A stretch of DNA of 64,000 nt, from assembly GCA_030390025.1 (NCBI GenBank), contig JASTWF010000035.1, positions 3,844,001 to 3,908,000 on the forward strand. The letters are read 5' to 3'. Made by a program: the position numbers and the translations under genes. Positions within the stretch are counted from its first letter, which is position 1. The number at the start of each line of letters is the position of its first letter. The notes beneath the pieces were generated by a model. The model was not told where the DNA came from and did not search any database. It was given only the letters and a program-made list of their open reading frames with translations. The stretch comes from Squalus acanthias (lineage: Eukaryota). Positions 60,464 to 64,000 of the stretch are shown here, in pieces.

Positions 60464-62499
60464 TAGAATAGATAGAATCATAGAATCATAGAAAGTTACA
60501 GCACGGAAGGAGGCCATTTCGGCCCATCGTGTCCGCGCCGGCCAACAAAGAGCTATCCAGCCTAATCCCACTTCCCAGCTCTTGGTCCGTAGCCCTGCAG
60601 GTTACAGCATCCCAAGTGCACATCCAAGTACTTTTTAAATGTGGTTCGGGTTCCTGCCTCTACCACCCTTTCAGGCAGTGAGTTCCAGACCCCCACAACC
60701 CTCTGGGTGAAGAAATTTCCCCTCAAATCCCTTCTAAACCTTCCACCAATTACTTTAAATCTGTGTCCCCTGGTTTTTGACCCGTCTGCTAAGGGAAATA
60801 TGTCCTTTCTATCCACTTTATCTATGCCCCTCATAATTTTATACACCTCAATAAGGTCTCCCCTCAGCCTCCTCCATTCCAAGGAAAACAGACCCAGCCT
60901 ATCCAGTCTTTCCTCATAGCTAAGATTCTCTACTCCCAGCAACATCCTTGTAAATCTCCTCTGTACCCTCTCTAGTGCAATCACATCTTTCCTGTAATGT
61001 GGTGACCAGAACTGCACGCAGTACTCCAGTTGAGGCCTAACTAGTGTTTTATACAGTTGAAGCATAACCCCCCTGCTCTTGTATTCTATGCCACGGCTAA
61101 TAAAGGCAAGCATTCCGTATGCCTTCTTAACCACCTATCTACCTGGCCTGCTACCTTCAGGGATCTGTGGACATGCACTCCAAGGTCTCTTTGTTTCTCT
61201 ACGCTACTCAGTGTCCTACCATTTAATGTGTATTTCCTTTCCTTGTTAGTCCTCCCCAAATGCATTACCTCACACTTCTCCAGATTGAATTCCATTTGCC
61301 ACTGTTCTGCCCACCTGACCAATTTATTGATATCTTCCTGCAATCTACAGCTTTCTTCTTCAGTATCAACCACACAGCCGATTTTAGTATCATCTGCAAA
61401 CTTCTTAATCATACCCCCTATATTCAAGTCTGGATCATTGATATATACCACAAAAAGCAAGGGACCTAGTACTGAGCCCTGTGGAACCCCACTGGAAACA
61501 GCCTTCCAGTCACAAAAACATCCATCAACCATTACCCTCTGCTTTCTGTCTCCGAGCCAGTTTTGAATCCAACTTGACACTTTGCCCTGGATCCCATGGG
61601 CTTTTAACTTTGTGACCAGTCTGCCATGTGGAACCTTATCAATAGCCTTGCTAAAGTCCATATACAGTACATCAAATACACTACCCTCATCTACCCTCCT
61701 TGTTACCTCCTCAAAAAATTCAATCAATTTTGTCAGACACGACCTTCCCTTAACAAATCCGTGCTGACTATCCTTGATCAATCCGTGTCTTTCTAAATGA
61801 AGATTTATCCTGTCCTTCAGAATTCTTTCCAATAATTTTCCCACCACCGAGGTTAGGCTGACTGGCTTGTAATTACTCGGTCTATCCTTTTCTCCCTTTT
61901 TAAACAAGGGTACCACATTAGCAGTCCTCCAGTCCTCCGGCACCACACCTGAAGCCAGAGAGGATCGGAAAATGATGGTCTGGGCCTCTGCTATTTCCTC
62001 TTTTGCTTCGCTTAACAGCCTGGGATACATTTCATCTGGGTCTGGGGATTTATCCACTTTTAAACTGCTAAACCCCTTAATACTTCCACTCTCACTATGT
62101 TTATTTTATCTAATATTTCACACTTCTCCCCCCTGATAGCAATGTCTGCTTCGCCCCTCTCCTTTGTGAAAACAGACGCAAAGTATTCATTAAGAACCCT
62201 ACCGACGTCTCCAGCCTCCACACACAGATTACCTGCATGATCTCTAATATGCCCTACCCTTTCTTTAGTTATCCTCTTACTCCTAATATATTTATAAAAC
62301 ATCTTTGGGTTTTCCTTGATTTTACTTGCCAAGAATTTTTCATGCTCTCTCTTTGCTTTCCTAATATCCTTTTTAATTGCAACCCTGCACTTTCTGTACT
62401 CCTCTAAAGATTCTGGAGTATTTAGCCCTCGGTATCGGTCATACGCCTCCCTTTTTTTCTTTATCCTAACCTGTATGTCCCTAGACATCCAGGGGGCTG
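60464..62499 (-). mobile_element. 5'-truncated CR1
   Basis: ORFs 62060..62587 (part), 61086..62057 and 60562..61134; (ATGATTCT)n tail. Confidence 0.92.
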
Positions 62500-63565
62500 G
62501 GGAAAACTCACCACTGGCTAGAGTCATACCTAGCACAAAGGAAGAGGTTGTGGTAGTTGGAGGTGAATCATCACAGACCCAGGACATCGCTGCAGGAGTT
62601 CCTCAGGGCAGTGTCCAAGGCCCAACAATCTTCAGCTACTTCATCAATGACCTTCCCTCCATCATAAGGTCAGAAATGGGGATGTTCGCTGATGATTGCA
62701 CAGTATTCAGTTCCATTCACAACTCCTCAGATAATGAAGCAGTCCATGCCCGAATGCAGCGAGACCTGGATGGCATTCAGGCTTGGGCTGATAAGTGGCA
62801 AGTAGCATTCGTGCCACAGAGGTGCCAGGCAATAACTATCTCCAACAAGTGAGAGTCTAATCACCGCCCCTTGACATTCAACGGCATTACCATTGCCGAA
62901 TCCCCCACCATCAACATCCTGGGGGGTCACCATTGACCAGAAACTTAATTGGGCCAGCCACATAAATACTATGGCTACAAGAGCAGGTCAGAGGCTGGGT
63001 ATTCTGCGGCGCGTGTCTCACCTCCTGACTTCCCAAAGCCTTTCCACCATCTACAAGGCACAAGTCAGGAGTGTGATGGAATATTCTCCACTTGCCTGGA
63101 TGAGTGCAGCTCCAACAACACTCAAGAAGCTCGACACCATCCAGGACAAAGCAGTTTGATTGGCACCCCATCCATCACCTTAAACATTCACTCCCGTGGC
63201 TGTAGTGTGTATCACGTACAAGATGCACTGCAGCAAGTCGCCAAGGCTTCTTCAGCAACACTTCCCAAACGCGCGACCTCTCCCACCGAGAAGGACAAGG
63301 GCAGCAGGCGCGTGGGAACACCATCAACTGCAAGTTCCCCTCCAAGTTACACACCATCCTGACTTGGAAATATATCGCCGTTCCTTCATCGTCGCTGGGT
63401 CAAAATCCTGGAACTCCCTCCCTAACAGCACTATGGGAGTACCTTCACCAGAAGGACTGCAGTAGTTCAAGAAGGCGGCTCACCACCGCTTTCTCAAGGG
63501 CAATTAGGGAATGGGCAATAAATGCTGGCCTTGCCAGAGATGACCACATCCCAGCAACGAATATG
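62500..63565 (+). mobile_element. CR1/L2-group LINE RT and 3' end (distinct family)
   Basis: GVPQGSVQGP..FADDCT in ORF 62316..62852; LGVTID..YKAQVRSVMEY in 62893..63159. Confidence 0.85.
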
Positions 63566-64000
63566 AAAAAAGTGCCACCAGCACAGCCTGTATCTGATGT
63601 TGTGGAGGAGGGTGATGGAGGAGAAGAAGAAGACACACCAGCCGAGATTTTGCGGGGGGTTAGTGGGTGCGTTCAGTGGCGGATCGGGTGGGAAAATGTT
63701 TTTTTTTACAGTGGGTTGGGAACCCGCTGTCAACCCGCCTTTCCCAATGTCGGGTCTGTCAATGCTGAGCAGACCCGACCGGCAGCGGCGGGGGTCCTAA
63801 TTGAATTCATTAGCATCTAGTTGACAGATGCTGAACAGGCTTTTTTAACTTACTTTTTGACTTTAACTGCATGGCCATGGGAACCACGCTGTTCGGGGAC
63901 CACAACTGTCAACCTGAGGCATGAATACAGTGACCATTGCTCCAGCTGATTAATTGACAGCCTCAAATATACAGTTAAAGCTCCCACCTGACAGATCATC

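Overview
This is eukaryotic, vertebrate, repeat-dominated DNA, most likely from a cartilaginous fish (inferred from the mix of CR1 LINEs, Penelope elements, tRNA-SINEs and Harbinger elements). Most of the window is nested CR1 LINE debris, including one full-length CR1 with an essentially intact 935-aa APE-RT ORF2 that is split by another CR1. It also holds several Penelope-like element pieces with six minimal hammerhead-ribozyme-like motifs, one Harbinger transposase gene scattered in four collinear pieces over about 8 kb, Harbinger-type and pogo-type MITEs, RTE and L2 fragments, SINEs, four minisatellites and an interstitial telomeric repeat. The only recognisable host-gene sequence is the 5' end of an SLC30A (ZnT2/3/4/8-clade) zinc transporter at about 42.35-42.83 kb, which carries an in-frame stop. 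No prokaryotic systems such as CRISPR are present. All calls come from reading the sequence by eye. Boundaries of decayed repeats are approximate, and no database search was run.
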